Virus record (IMG/VR): IMGVR_UViG_3300009182_000042
Coordinates: 20,053-84,052 of that record
Direction: 5' to 3' (one strand)
DNA length: 64,000 nt
Source: a virus
Below are positions 12,901 to 18,608 of this stretch, in pieces; position 1 is the first letter of the stretch; every line of letters begins with the position of its first letter. Both the position numbers and the translations under genes were made by a program. Below the pieces are notes generated by a model, which was not told the DNA's origin, did not search any database, and was given only the letters and a program-made list of their open reading frames with translations.

Positions 12901-13263
12901 ACTGCTAGTTTGAACGCCAGTGCGTTTAACTTGGCTGGATTACAGAGTTTGACACTGGGAGCGGTATCAGTTGGTGTGGGATCCGCTACTATTACAAGTT
13001 TCAGTACTGATCCGTACTTTACTGCTAATAGTGACAACATTATTCCTACGCAGAAAGCTATCAAGAGCTATATCACAGCCCAGATAGGTGGTGGTTCTAG
13101 TAGCTTGAACGTAAATACATTGACAGCGGGCGTGATATTCATTGGTAATAATCAAATATATAACACTACCGGATATCAACAGATATACGTAAGCAGTAAA
13201 ATGCTATTCACAGGTGGAATTGATGGGGCACCAGTTGCTCTTACATTCTTCGCACAAAGATAA
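919..13263 (+). CDS. Giant (4114 aa) virion structural / tail-fibre-like adhesion protein
   Basis: T/G/S/A-rich. About seven N-terminal W..xxY..GDxVxYGG..Y repeats (CBM5/12-like), repeated GGL..TTYYV...FQVA modules, a beta-helix-like section (STYVQNCTMFG...SIVSNDYT), and C-terminal WSxIAYGxGxFVA / SxDGxxW propeller-like repeats. Confidence 0.75.
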   Translation: MAEYKLGRIKFVYQGTWTGSSTYVVDDVVSVGGKTYICIVSNTSSAVFATDLASSYWSLVADGTRWTGTWANATYYQLGDQVLYGGIVYQATTAHTSATATATLTATGFTVSGGTATLTYASQVVQPFLVGATITLAGFTPTQTSGTVNTVNTTFTVVTCTTTQVTFALTGTYTVSVLGTVAGASQLGLELNQANWTAFASNINYLSTWSVNTRYKVNDLVTYGGYTYIATTAHVSANTTALGLEQDQAKWSTFNPGLSYQGAWSGSSVKYRLNDIVKYGASLFICTTAHVSSATFSTSNFATFVNGLQYVPGGSNAWSSATTYVTGDIVTYGGNLYVASQIASNQNPTTATTYWNLYTGGFSYQGAWTGVTSYKIGQVVNLGGYTYLALADNTQNVLTLTGTTVTTNIITLSASTTALVANLPVVFASTVGGLTGSQTYYVIGSSITANTFQVASISGGVSPVTLSTTTGQSVSVTTQPQPPFATYWSRLNSGIRYNPTTGTYNAVSATNVTGTGTSATFNVTASKTTYSVTLASGGSGYSSTGGSNTIKIVGTSLGGLSPANDITITITGQSSGAITTFTSVGYAVTWSTAVSYVLGDVVYFGSNSYICVSGHVSASGNKPDADTVGAYWNLLAAGNESAVLTVTGDLFYYGSTGPTRLPIGTDGQVLRVNSNTPSWAYYGQINNIVYVSSATGVDTLATSQGTTLDKPWRTIQFACQQVENGYLNLNLGNLIQINKQFLLKEVNNFVLYNYTFNITATTTSTNLITVGGSSTIAQTTTTNLYSNMPVVFNVTAGGLTAGTTYYVIGSSITSTQFQVATNPSTSGAQTAVTLSTTSTANLGQYVYSQSKTERDTGFIVDGIIFDITHTGNSKTIANALTYFNSAGTGYTSGVLAYDISPFVKALNYLSTLITSNVGANTAPGTNYQTTISSAVTVTGASGTGAIATITFSAQSYAYNVGSQITVASVSPAGYNGTYVVLSSTTTSVSYANTTTASYISGGTVNYTRATQQINTTYTAEAAALTRIPVLVGLVTAPLSLGNTTPITGILANATTTISVKTGTYNEVLPIVVPSYTVVYGDELRSSTVQPAVANITLANDKPKTIVALTRLQTQLGNLLQNTSITGSTGNTQYLSVSASTGAASVATLTFAAQTTAPFSVGQYITVSGFTSSAAGYNGSYAVTACTTTTVSYANATTASTSGSPIVSGQNTQLSVADVGSSTAVNTINTFTSSINNMIFNGIAQVPAISITTVTGYNSSFLPGHSTGVTQITSNYGFIKAELTAFMNTNYSSVWSSLGVAGQQIYLLQIQYILDGMQYDMAYGCNNQSIINGSSYYSLNINQIPLVNQPAYLATFQRLQAIVGQIVRAQSVAATAGNGATQTTGSDAGVAPAAFASARIADVIYWFTNGNANSTVNTITGSISGTTLTVSSQTSAVAPGTLLTGTGINGMYIVNQISSSAGAQAATTYSSGGGNGTSTFVVASATGIAAGQFITGTGIPAGTYVASTYSSGSTTVPIANYFGSPVTFTLQASGAYLFYPANTAGTYTLSITGGTGTAFTSLSTFTPVNSGAYTLVGSNALQLAYTQLQARATEIASDTQVFVAKYNQQYNISATLTSRDAGLIVNALSFDVLFTTNFNTIAVGRAFNRSNTSAQAVVNNVNNQLYATTAAINFIGFKAKMIAAAGGQVQAQTLIDDIIYRINGQATTTLTTATVSTNVLTASSTSAMAVNQPVSFTNLPANINTTVTSTLAAFAGSITATATVALTGVGTITSNGGGSFTFGTAQSAGTFYVGQVLTPTGSLSGITWTGYTAGTSYVVSVTNGTSTVTLTTVTGNVLTVTQGTASGITFNTYLATITTTGLVIGSAIALSSTGFGGLTTATTYYVIGFGPTASASCALSATAGGNSVALSNGSGTMIAQTTTNLLNLTGYVGTLGITVGQQCYFSGGTYAGISPYQLYYIVSASGTGITVSTTSGGSSVTISTVSSGSMTLTVNAAGGIWANNQYYINTIPSSTTFTITNSYKSGTAYTITNTASSMTATATFGPTATVLYYNSPMIHGSVTYNGTLTTVNAAEIIRANVGFLSAEATAYVAASYGGSISSTAATTNLITTSGNHNFTVGDPVQFSGSVVGGLSAATTYYVLTVNSNTTFTVSLTQVSQGTQTAVALTNTSSAFTVTYFNTAQSYITSFLNGMIYDLQYTGNSRSLRAVELYNNAVGSSTISNMFLVRNGSGLRNMTLSGITGTLSAANAYGTKRPTGGAYTSLDPGFGPNDTSVQILTRSTYVQNCTMFGYACVGAKVDGALHSAGNKSIVSNDYTCVIGDGIGWWNTGTGSLAELVSVFNYYSYSGYLAELGGRIRATNGNSSYGTYGVLAEGTDTFETPIYANLNNRAAAATITTVVTDSTTQILRFEYGNAGINYTNSVPTVNGSGYNAVAFQDEFRDAAVFETRLIDPNNTGLTGGTSYVSAVNVGQTNANGVGYQLIAAADTALTGGYNGMKVQITAGTGVGQVANILAFNNASKYAQIIRPTFATLPVTASTNATAASSSSAFIATYAGRYPTLVAPVMGSGSYVAGMYLTSSGTVTAGTYITAINTGSITSASIASSTFSSTGSIGASITGAGTAANPWIATITGMSSTSSFVVGAQITATNGTGTLYGSTPTSVIVASVPSTTSITYSVIGGTIPTTGTVTNIQQTMLSGSAFANLLPGMVLSGGSVIASYVAGQVTATGTALATATMTGTISTNTLTLATFTVGSIYTVQVGQYVAQISGIPAGTYITAVNPATGVITINTTLYGAVSGSNSTYTAGGAGTYALTANSFTTVTGAPTTGTQYLLNTAQTQIAATVTGTQNTLTVASNASLYNTMPLYLGTAVAPLSGVAISATGAISFTSTTTALPANTQVVISGANVGTGIVATGTFFVAASPSPTTTGVTLLTALSGGTTISTTAGTVVTSGNLSSVNIGSSGNLTFTALGAALPAGTPVVISGSNGGGGTIANGTYYVAVTPTPTSSAITLVTTSGGSTSPTTTSGTPSGLTFAFSLVNPLTFTYTLTAPFGLSSFSVYYVNGITNSNGAASTTFSVTTTASGTSPVAVNSITGQNVSLYAAGWDHVVPGSVINNTTDLTSAYIIEPSISYTGPGYTGVARSLATSASYVGVAYGSGNYVAVSTGATTTQYSTTGRAWANGGALPSATSWNAVTYGGGQGAQATVTVGGFGGSGAVLTAVVVGGQVTGITIVNGGFNYNTVPTITITPVSGGSGASAICTVLNGTITTATMVINGSGYASGATVAVVTSAVSAVTTVTRGQNYGYNSTTPSVTLSAPFSGTVWSSGGSGTSGSYYYFVNTGVTPNVTNYYQATSTGTFTTSGPTHTTGTVANNTVNLLYVGTQATVTPTLTNNGISSYTVTVAGFGYSTVPTITIADLSARFVAISTTTAGANVAPTGVAGAWNSMTLPSAGYNAIAYGLGQYVVVGGTAGAGIIASSSDGINFNARTVPAGASAQYFSAVAYGSTGTGASGNTSTGLFVAIPLYGNTPVTSTNGTTWAIPQTAGGSNVTLPASLAWSGIAYGNGRFVAIASNSSSIAYSLNGGGAWNLSTVAGGSGLPGVYSWSSIAYGEGQFVAIAANSAVSATSWDGINWTIQTLPATQNWSSVAFGNPLAATIGYNPLFVAVANTAGTSAAVIHTGATPQGRVKVTSNAVSEIRVIEPGSGFAKGIVTATTATTNVITADNIENLSANQPVEFNTVSAGGLALQTTYYVIGSSITTTSAPAGTFQVATTSGGTVPVTLTTTSPTGMTYTTGPIVTITDPNRINAALVRVRTGDGVLGNPSFPNRGAANATATANTVGDGYSDIYQTSTFINISNLYTLPTAGANVQFASISNVWYKLVAVTNLLGIPGNYTATFQINPGLSVYLAPTTGNLITTRLKYSQVRLTGHDFLYIGTGNQTQTNYPYVNVSSAVSANQTLGSVGGRVFFTSTDQDGNFNVGNLFGVQQSTGTASLNASAFNLAGLQSLTLGAVSVGVGSATITSFSTDPYFTANSDNIIPTQKAIKSYITAQIGGGSSSLNVNTLTAGVIFIGNNQIYNTTGYQQIYVSSKMLFTGGIDGAPVALTFFAQR

Positions 13264-13284
13264 AAATTTTGGAGAAATAATAAC

Positions 13285-13635
13285 ATGGCAACAGGACGAT
13301 TTACAACACCACAAACAGCAGGGTCAGTACAGGTAACCAACTCAGGTTACACTGTGCTGTATACTGTACCCAACAACACTTATAGCATTTTTAATGTGTC
13401 GTTAACCAATTCTAGTGCTAGTGCAGTTACAGTAAAACTGGCAATATGCACAACAGCCAACGTGGCATCCCCATTAGCATCAGACTTCATTGAAAGTTTG
13501 ACTACTATTGTTGGGTATGGTGTATTTGAACGTACAGGTTTGGTAATGCAGGCAGGTTTGAACATTGTGTGTCAAGCCAGCGCGGCATCTACTGTAAACG
13601 CAACTGTGTACGGTATTGAAACATCAACACAATAA
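13285..13635 (+). CDS. Small virion-associated protein
   Basis: GGAG SD; beta-rich 116 aa ending VYGIETS; lies between fibre genes. Confidence 0.6.
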   Translation: MATGRFTTPQTAGSVQVTNSGYTVLYTVPNNTYSIFNVSLTNSSASAVTVKLAICTTANVASPLASDFIESLTTIVGYGVFERTGLVMQAGLNIVCQASAASTVNATVYGIETSTQ

Positions 13636-13659
13636 TAGGAATACAAGAGAGAATAAATT

Positions 13660-15603
13660 ATGGCACGTTATAACAGCTCAGCAGTTGCTACACTAAGTTC
13701 GGCAACGGTTATCACAACTCCAAGTCAGGGGTTGTTGACAGAATTGGTCGGATCACCGCCTTATGCGGTGCAAATTCCCGATCCAACTATTTGGTATGGT
13801 CAAACACAGACCTACTATAATAACTCAGGAGGTGTTGTAACACTGAATACTCCTGCCGGTACATTTATTGGTCCAGGAAGTTCAGGCAGTTCAAGTTTAC
13901 AGATGCCCAATCAAAGTGTTGTGGTATTGGCATCGGACACTACCAAATATGTTATCTCATCATTCGACGGCGGCCCAACTTATGCTCAAACTGGTAACGG
14001 TAACAGCAGTAGTTATGCATTGTTGTTGAACGGTGACTTGGTGCAAAGTGCATCAACCATGAACTTGGTCAACACCAACACCACAACTGTCAACGCATTT
14101 GGCGCAGCCACAAGTATCAATATTGGTGCTCCATTCAGCACAACAACCTTTAACGGCAGTGTGTTCGTCAAAGGCGGCTTGGTGCAAGTCAACTCCAGCA
14201 GTGTGTTGGTAGAAGATAAAAATATTGAAATTGGTTATATCAACCCTATCAGCTACGGCGGCGGCACAATAACAACCATCGGTGGATCCATTTCCGGTTC
14301 AACCACATTTACCAGTATTAGTGGTACAAAGATTGCCGCAGGTTATACTGGCACAGTGTCTGGTGTGAGTCAATTCAGCACCAGCGGTGCTGGCACTGGT
14401 GCAACATTCAACATCACCATAAGCGGTGCTGGCACAACATACACTGGTGTTACCACAATTACGGTGGTCGCCGGCGGCGTGGGTTATGCACTGGGTGATA
14501 CTGTAACCATTGGTGGTAGTGTGTTTGGCGGCTCAAGTGCCAACGGTACCAACAACCTGACATTCACAATCAGCAACGTGAACGCCAGTCCTTGGTATGC
14601 CACAATTACAGGCATAACCAACACCACCAACTTGGTGGTAGGCAGCGCAATCAGTGCCACAAACGGTACTGGTAGTTTTGGTTCTGGTAATACTTCTCAG
14701 TTGGTTTTGAGCAATCTAAGTAGTACCAGCATACAGATTGTGGTCACAGGCGGCACAACGCCAGTAGCGGGTACAGTTACCAATATTACACCGGGTTCCA
14801 ACGATGCTTATGCCAATGACGGTGGTATCAAGCTGTATGGCTCAACAAACAAAACACTGATTTGGTCGCTGAATTCAGTTGGACCAACCAGTGGCAATAC
14901 TGGCCAACCATCATGGACCACCAGCGAAGGCTTGTCTTTCAGAAGTGCCACTGCCAGTAACTTTGGTATCCAAACATACCCTGGATCGGGCACTGGTTTT
15001 AACATATTAACCAACGGTGTAACCAACGGCACAGTCAACATTGCTACTGATGCAGTAACTAATAACCTGTTCACAGCTGGTACTGCAAACACCATTGGTG
15101 CATCTGGATCTGGCACAACTACTATTAGAAATACCACTTTAACATTCAGCGGTACCACTCTAAATGCAACTGCCATGACCAACTTCAACGGTAAAACTAC
15201 TGGTTGTTTCATGTATATTGGTAGCCTGGCTATTGGTACAACCAACAATCCAGGTGACGGTCAGATCAATGCAACCAGCAACATCATAGCGTATTACTCA
15301 GACGACAGACTAAAAACACGATTGGGCACCATTGAAAATGCTCTTGAAAAATTGGAAACACTAACTGGTTTCTACTATGAAGCCAACGAAACAGCACAGG
15401 CACTGGGTTACAAATCAGTGCGTGAAGTAGGTGTGTCAGCCCAAGATGTGCAAAAGATCCTACCAGAAATTATCAAGCCAGCACCTATTGACGCTAAGTA
15501 CATGACAATTCAATACGAAAAGTTAACACCATTAGTAATTGAAGCAGTTAAGGAACTGAGTGCCATGGTAAAAGAGTTGAAAGCCAAGATTGATAAGGAA
15601 TAA
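13660..15603 (+). CDS. Tail fibre with C-terminal intramolecular chaperone (Peptidase S74) domain
   Basis: YYSDDRLK...IENALEKLETLTGFYY...GVSAQDVQKILPE...YEKLTPLVIEAVKEL followed by a coiled coil is the S74 autocleaving chaperone signature. Confidence 0.85.
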   Translation: MARYNSSAVATLSSATVITTPSQGLLTELVGSPPYAVQIPDPTIWYGQTQTYYNNSGGVVTLNTPAGTFIGPGSSGSSSLQMPNQSVVVLASDTTKYVISSFDGGPTYAQTGNGNSSSYALLLNGDLVQSASTMNLVNTNTTTVNAFGAATSINIGAPFSTTTFNGSVFVKGGLVQVNSSSVLVEDKNIEIGYINPISYGGGTITTIGGSISGSTTFTSISGTKIAAGYTGTVSGVSQFSTSGAGTGATFNITISGAGTTYTGVTTITVVAGGVGYALGDTVTIGGSVFGGSSANGTNNLTFTISNVNASPWYATITGITNTTNLVVGSAISATNGTGSFGSGNTSQLVLSNLSSTSIQIVVTGGTTPVAGTVTNITPGSNDAYANDGGIKLYGSTNKTLIWSLNSVGPTSGNTGQPSWTTSEGLSFRSATASNFGIQTYPGSGTGFNILTNGVTNGTVNIATDAVTNNLFTAGTANTIGASGSGTTTIRNTTLTFSGTTLNATAMTNFNGKTTGCFMYIGSLAIGTTNNPGDGQINATSNIIAYYSDDRLKTRLGTIENALEKLETLTGFYYEANETAQALGYKSVREVGVSAQDVQKILPEIIKPAPIDAKYMTIQYEKLTPLVIEAVKELSAMVKELKAKIDKE

Positions 15604-16124
15604 TGATGTCAGATCAAGACAATAATCAGCCAGTCGATCCAAAAGCAATCCAACCGCAGACCATTACTGGCGGTACTATTTCGTTCGCCAACATTACAGC
15701 TGAAATTGGGCAGGGTAACAGCAATGTGGGTTTGCAATTTTTGAACACCTATGTTGCACCCAGTCTAACTGGATATTTTCAAAATGCTCCCAACGGTGGC
15801 AACTGTGTGGGCTACAATAGCAACTGCGGGTCAACTCCACGTCCCACATTCCGTAGCACATATCCTGACATGAACGAATTTAGGAACTTAACTTATTTCA
15901 ATAGTCAAAACAAGGGACAATGTAACAACGGTAATTGTACCAACAACAACTGTAACTGCGGAAATATCGCCTGCTACAACTGTACTATCAATGGTCGTAT
16001 TAACTGTCAGAATTGTGACGGACAAGCATGGCTACAAGCTAATTGTAACTGCGCCTGTACAATGAATTGTAATTATACCAGCTACAGCGTGGCTTGTAAT
16101 TGCAACTGCAATTGTAATTGTTAA
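15603..16124 (+). CDS. Asn/Cys-rich protein; candidate radical-SAM substrate and candidate fibre-tip protein
   Basis: 19 Cys, 17 of them in residues 107-173; ends CNCNCNCNC; TAATG overlap with the fibre gene; directly upstream of an rSAM/SPASM gene. Confidence 0.7.
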   Translation: MMSDQDNNQPVDPKAIQPQTITGGTISFANITAEIGQGNSNVGLQFLNTYVAPSLTGYFQNAPNGGNCVGYNSNCGSTPRPTFRSTYPDMNEFRNLTYFNSQNKGQCNNGNCTNNNCNCGNIACYNCTINGRINCQNCDGQAWLQANCNCACTMNCNYTSYSVACNCNCNCNC

Positions 16125-16141
16125 TACACTAAAGGTAACCC

Positions 16142-17599
16142 ATGAAATTTGAAATATTAGCATCACGGAACAAAGACGACGAGAAGATATTTTATTACGA
16201 TAACCAAACAAACACGCTGAGTGACGAAACTGGGTTTGTTTATGAGTATCCCCATGCTCTGGCCAGTGTTACACATACTCACGTACAAAAACCCTATGTT
16301 AGTTTTGATAAAGATCGTCCTCTTAAAAAATCTAAATCCGCACGTATAGTAAAAATTCAGATGGGGCTTAGTTGCAATTACAGTTGTGACTATTGCAGTC
16401 AGAAATTTGTAGAACGTCCAAAAGAAACCAACGCCAAAGATATTGAAAATTTTATGGAACTGTTCAACAACCTGGAGTTTGATGAACAACAGGGACTAAA
16501 GGTGGAGTTCTGGGGCGGCGAGCCGTTTGTGTATTGGAAAACCATGAAGCCCCTGGCTGAAGCGATTGCAGATCGTTTTGAAAGCTGGCAGAAAAAACCC
16601 ATGTTCAGTGTGATTACTAATGGTAGTCTATTGACTGAAGAAATCTGTGCATGGTTATACAGCATGAATTTCAGTATAGCTATCAGTCATGATGGCCCTG
16701 GTCAGCATGTGCGTGGTCCAGATCCATTTGATGATCCAAAAAAGCGTGAAATTGTGTTGGACCTTTATCAGATTCTTAGACCTTTAGATCGTATCAGTTT
16801 CAACAGCATGCTCAACAGCAAGAACACCAGTCGCAAAGAAATTTATGATTGGTTTGTGGAATTCACCAACGATCCAAGTGTTGTACTGGGCGAAGGTGCA
16901 TTTGTTGATGCATATGATGCAGATGGTTTAGAAAACTCAATGAAAACCAAAGCTGAACATTTTGCTTTTAGACAACGTGCTTTCGGAGAAATTTATGGCT
17001 CCGCTGGTGATATTGGATTCACCGGCATCCTACAAAAAGTAGATAATTTTACTGAAGCTGTGCTTACACATAAAAATGCAGAATTTTTAGGGCAGAAATG
17101 CGGTATGGACGACGAGGGTGTTATAGCATTTGACCTAAAAGGCAATGTTATTACCTGTCAAAACGTCAGTGCATTGGAGATTGGCAAAAACGGTGAATCG
17201 CATCTGGGTGGAAACCTTGCAGATCTAGACAGTGTGGAAATCAAAACTGCCACTCACTGGAGCAATCGTAAAGAATGTAGCGGTTGCCCAGTGCTACATA
17301 TTTGTCAAGGGGCTTGTATGTTCCTAGACGGTGAATATTGGACTGCCAGTTGCAACAATGCATATAGTGATGCTATTCCCCTGTTTGCCACCAGCATTAT
17401 GAAAATAACCAACGGGTATATTCCTATGACTGTAAAAAGTGAAGAATTGCCCTTAGAAAGACAGGATATCTTTGGGACTATGATGAAACACCAAGAATGG
17501 ACACCAAAAAAGATAATCCCCATCAAAGTTGTAAGCGAAAAAGTAGCTGTTATTGACAATGTCGAAGTCTACGGACAAAGCACTGTGATAAATAGTTAA
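16142..17599 (+). CDS. Radical SAM enzyme with SPASM domain (peptide/protein maturase-like)
   Basis: CNYSCDYC (CxxxCxxC, residues 78-85), FWGGEP, ITNG, ISHDG; SPASM pattern C320-x13-G-x4-C339 ... C379xxC382x5C388x3C392...C404. Confidence 0.92.
   Translation: MKFEILASRNKDDEKIFYYDNQTNTLSDETGFVYEYPHALASVTHTHVQKPYVSFDKDRPLKKSKSARIVKIQMGLSCNYSCDYCSQKFVERPKETNAKDIENFMELFNNLEFDEQQGLKVEFWGGEPFVYWKTMKPLAEAIADRFESWQKKPMFSVITNGSLLTEEICAWLYSMNFSIAISHDGPGQHVRGPDPFDDPKKREIVLDLYQILRPLDRISFNSMLNSKNTSRKEIYDWFVEFTNDPSVVLGEGAFVDAYDADGLENSMKTKAEHFAFRQRAFGEIYGSAGDIGFTGILQKVDNFTEAVLTHKNAEFLGQKCGMDDEGVIAFDLKGNVITCQNVSALEIGKNGESHLGGNLADLDSVEIKTATHWSNRKECSGCPVLHICQGACMFLDGEYWTASCNNAYSDAIPLFATSIMKITNGYIPMTVKSEELPLERQDIFGTMMKHQEWTPKKIIPIKVVSEKVAVIDNVEVYGQSTVINS
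17587..17594 (+). promoter_or_regulatory. Late promoter (GATAAATA)
   Basis: Lies at the 3' end of the rSAM gene, upstream of AAGGAG SD and ATG 17622. Confidence 0.5.
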
Positions 17600-17621
17600 A
17601 GAGAGCACAAGGAGCCATAAA

Positions 17622-18602
17622 ATGAATTTGTATATTTCCACACATTGTCGTAGATATTATGCTGTTGAAGCAGTTGTTACCTCTGAAGGGATCGAATATA
17701 AAACTTATCCAGCATATCTAATATCAGAACTGAAAAAATACTGGGCCTCCTTGGCAAACAGTGGTATTCCGGGTACTTTGATTTTTGATGATCAACATCC
17801 TATGATTACCCCTGATATGAAACCACTGTGGACTACAGATACTGTTGCTGTGTATGATGTGCAAGTTGCAAACAACACCTATACCAGCGGAGTTATAGAT
17901 TTTCAATTGGATATAAAAAATAATAATGATTATAGCGATCATGCACAATACGATATATATTCTCCAGGGTGCCTGGCTGTAACAACGGTATTTGACGAAC
18001 ATAGAGACAAACATAGCAATGATATTATGAGCTATAGCGCAATGACCAAAGCACAGACAGTATCCAACGGTATATCTAGAGGCTACATGATTCCGATACA
18101 TAACTCTGTGGCACAAACATCTCATTCAAGAATGAAGCCGCATGTGCATCAGCGTTTGACAGGCAATGCACCTATGATCAGCATCATGGTTCCACTAGCA
18201 GACATGGACCCAACAGATTGGGAGATTGTGTTCACTGTGGCAGAAGAAGGACTGCTACGTGTGAACGGCAATACTGTTGAACCAATTCCAGTGGGATACC
18301 TATTGAATCATATGCCTAAAGTATGGTTTAAGAAAAACACTGCCACCGTAAACACTAATAATTTTGTTGATTTAGAATTTTATTTAGGCACTGCTAGCGG
18401 AAGCCCGATTACTGGCCACGATGCAACAGTGTATATCAAAACCACTGGCGGCCAACTCAATAAAACTCAAGTGCGAACAGTTAACGGAGAAGGTAAAGTG
18501 AAACTGATTTCAAATCATTTGGAATCAGGCGATGTTATCAAAGTAAGTGTTGGCTTTCAATACTATTCCGGCACAGATGATTGTATTGTTACAGTCAAAT
18601 AA
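17622..18602 (+). CDS. Hypothetical protein with a probable C-terminal Ig-like beta-sandwich
   Basis: Strong SD. The last ~90 aa alternate like beta strands (ATVYIKTTGG...GEGKVKL...GDVIKVSVGF). Confidence 0.55.
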   Translation: MNLYISTHCRRYYAVEAVVTSEGIEYKTYPAYLISELKKYWASLANSGIPGTLIFDDQHPMITPDMKPLWTTDTVAVYDVQVANNTYTSGVIDFQLDIKNNNDYSDHAQYDIYSPGCLAVTTVFDEHRDKHSNDIMSYSAMTKAQTVSNGISRGYMIPIHNSVAQTSHSRMKPHVHQRLTGNAPMISIMVPLADMDPTDWEIVFTVAEEGLLRVNGNTVEPIPVGYLLNHMPKVWFKKNTATVNTNNFVDLEFYLGTASGSPITGHDATVYIKTTGGQLNKTQVRTVNGEGKVKLISNHLESGDVIKVSVGFQYYSGTDDCIVTVK

Positions 18603-18608
18603 CATGGC

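Noticed and set aside
944-15248. Many short minus-strand and off-frame ORFs inside the fibre genes (also 56455-63937)
   Set aside because: They are Val/Pro/Ala- or Cys-rich shadows of Thr/Gly/Ser codons on the coding strand, without SD or motifs.
16142-17599. QueE, NrdG or MoaA-type housekeeping radical SAM assignment
   Set aside because: Length, the full SPASM cysteine pattern and the adjacent Cys-rich ORF do not fit; no que or nrdD genes nearby.
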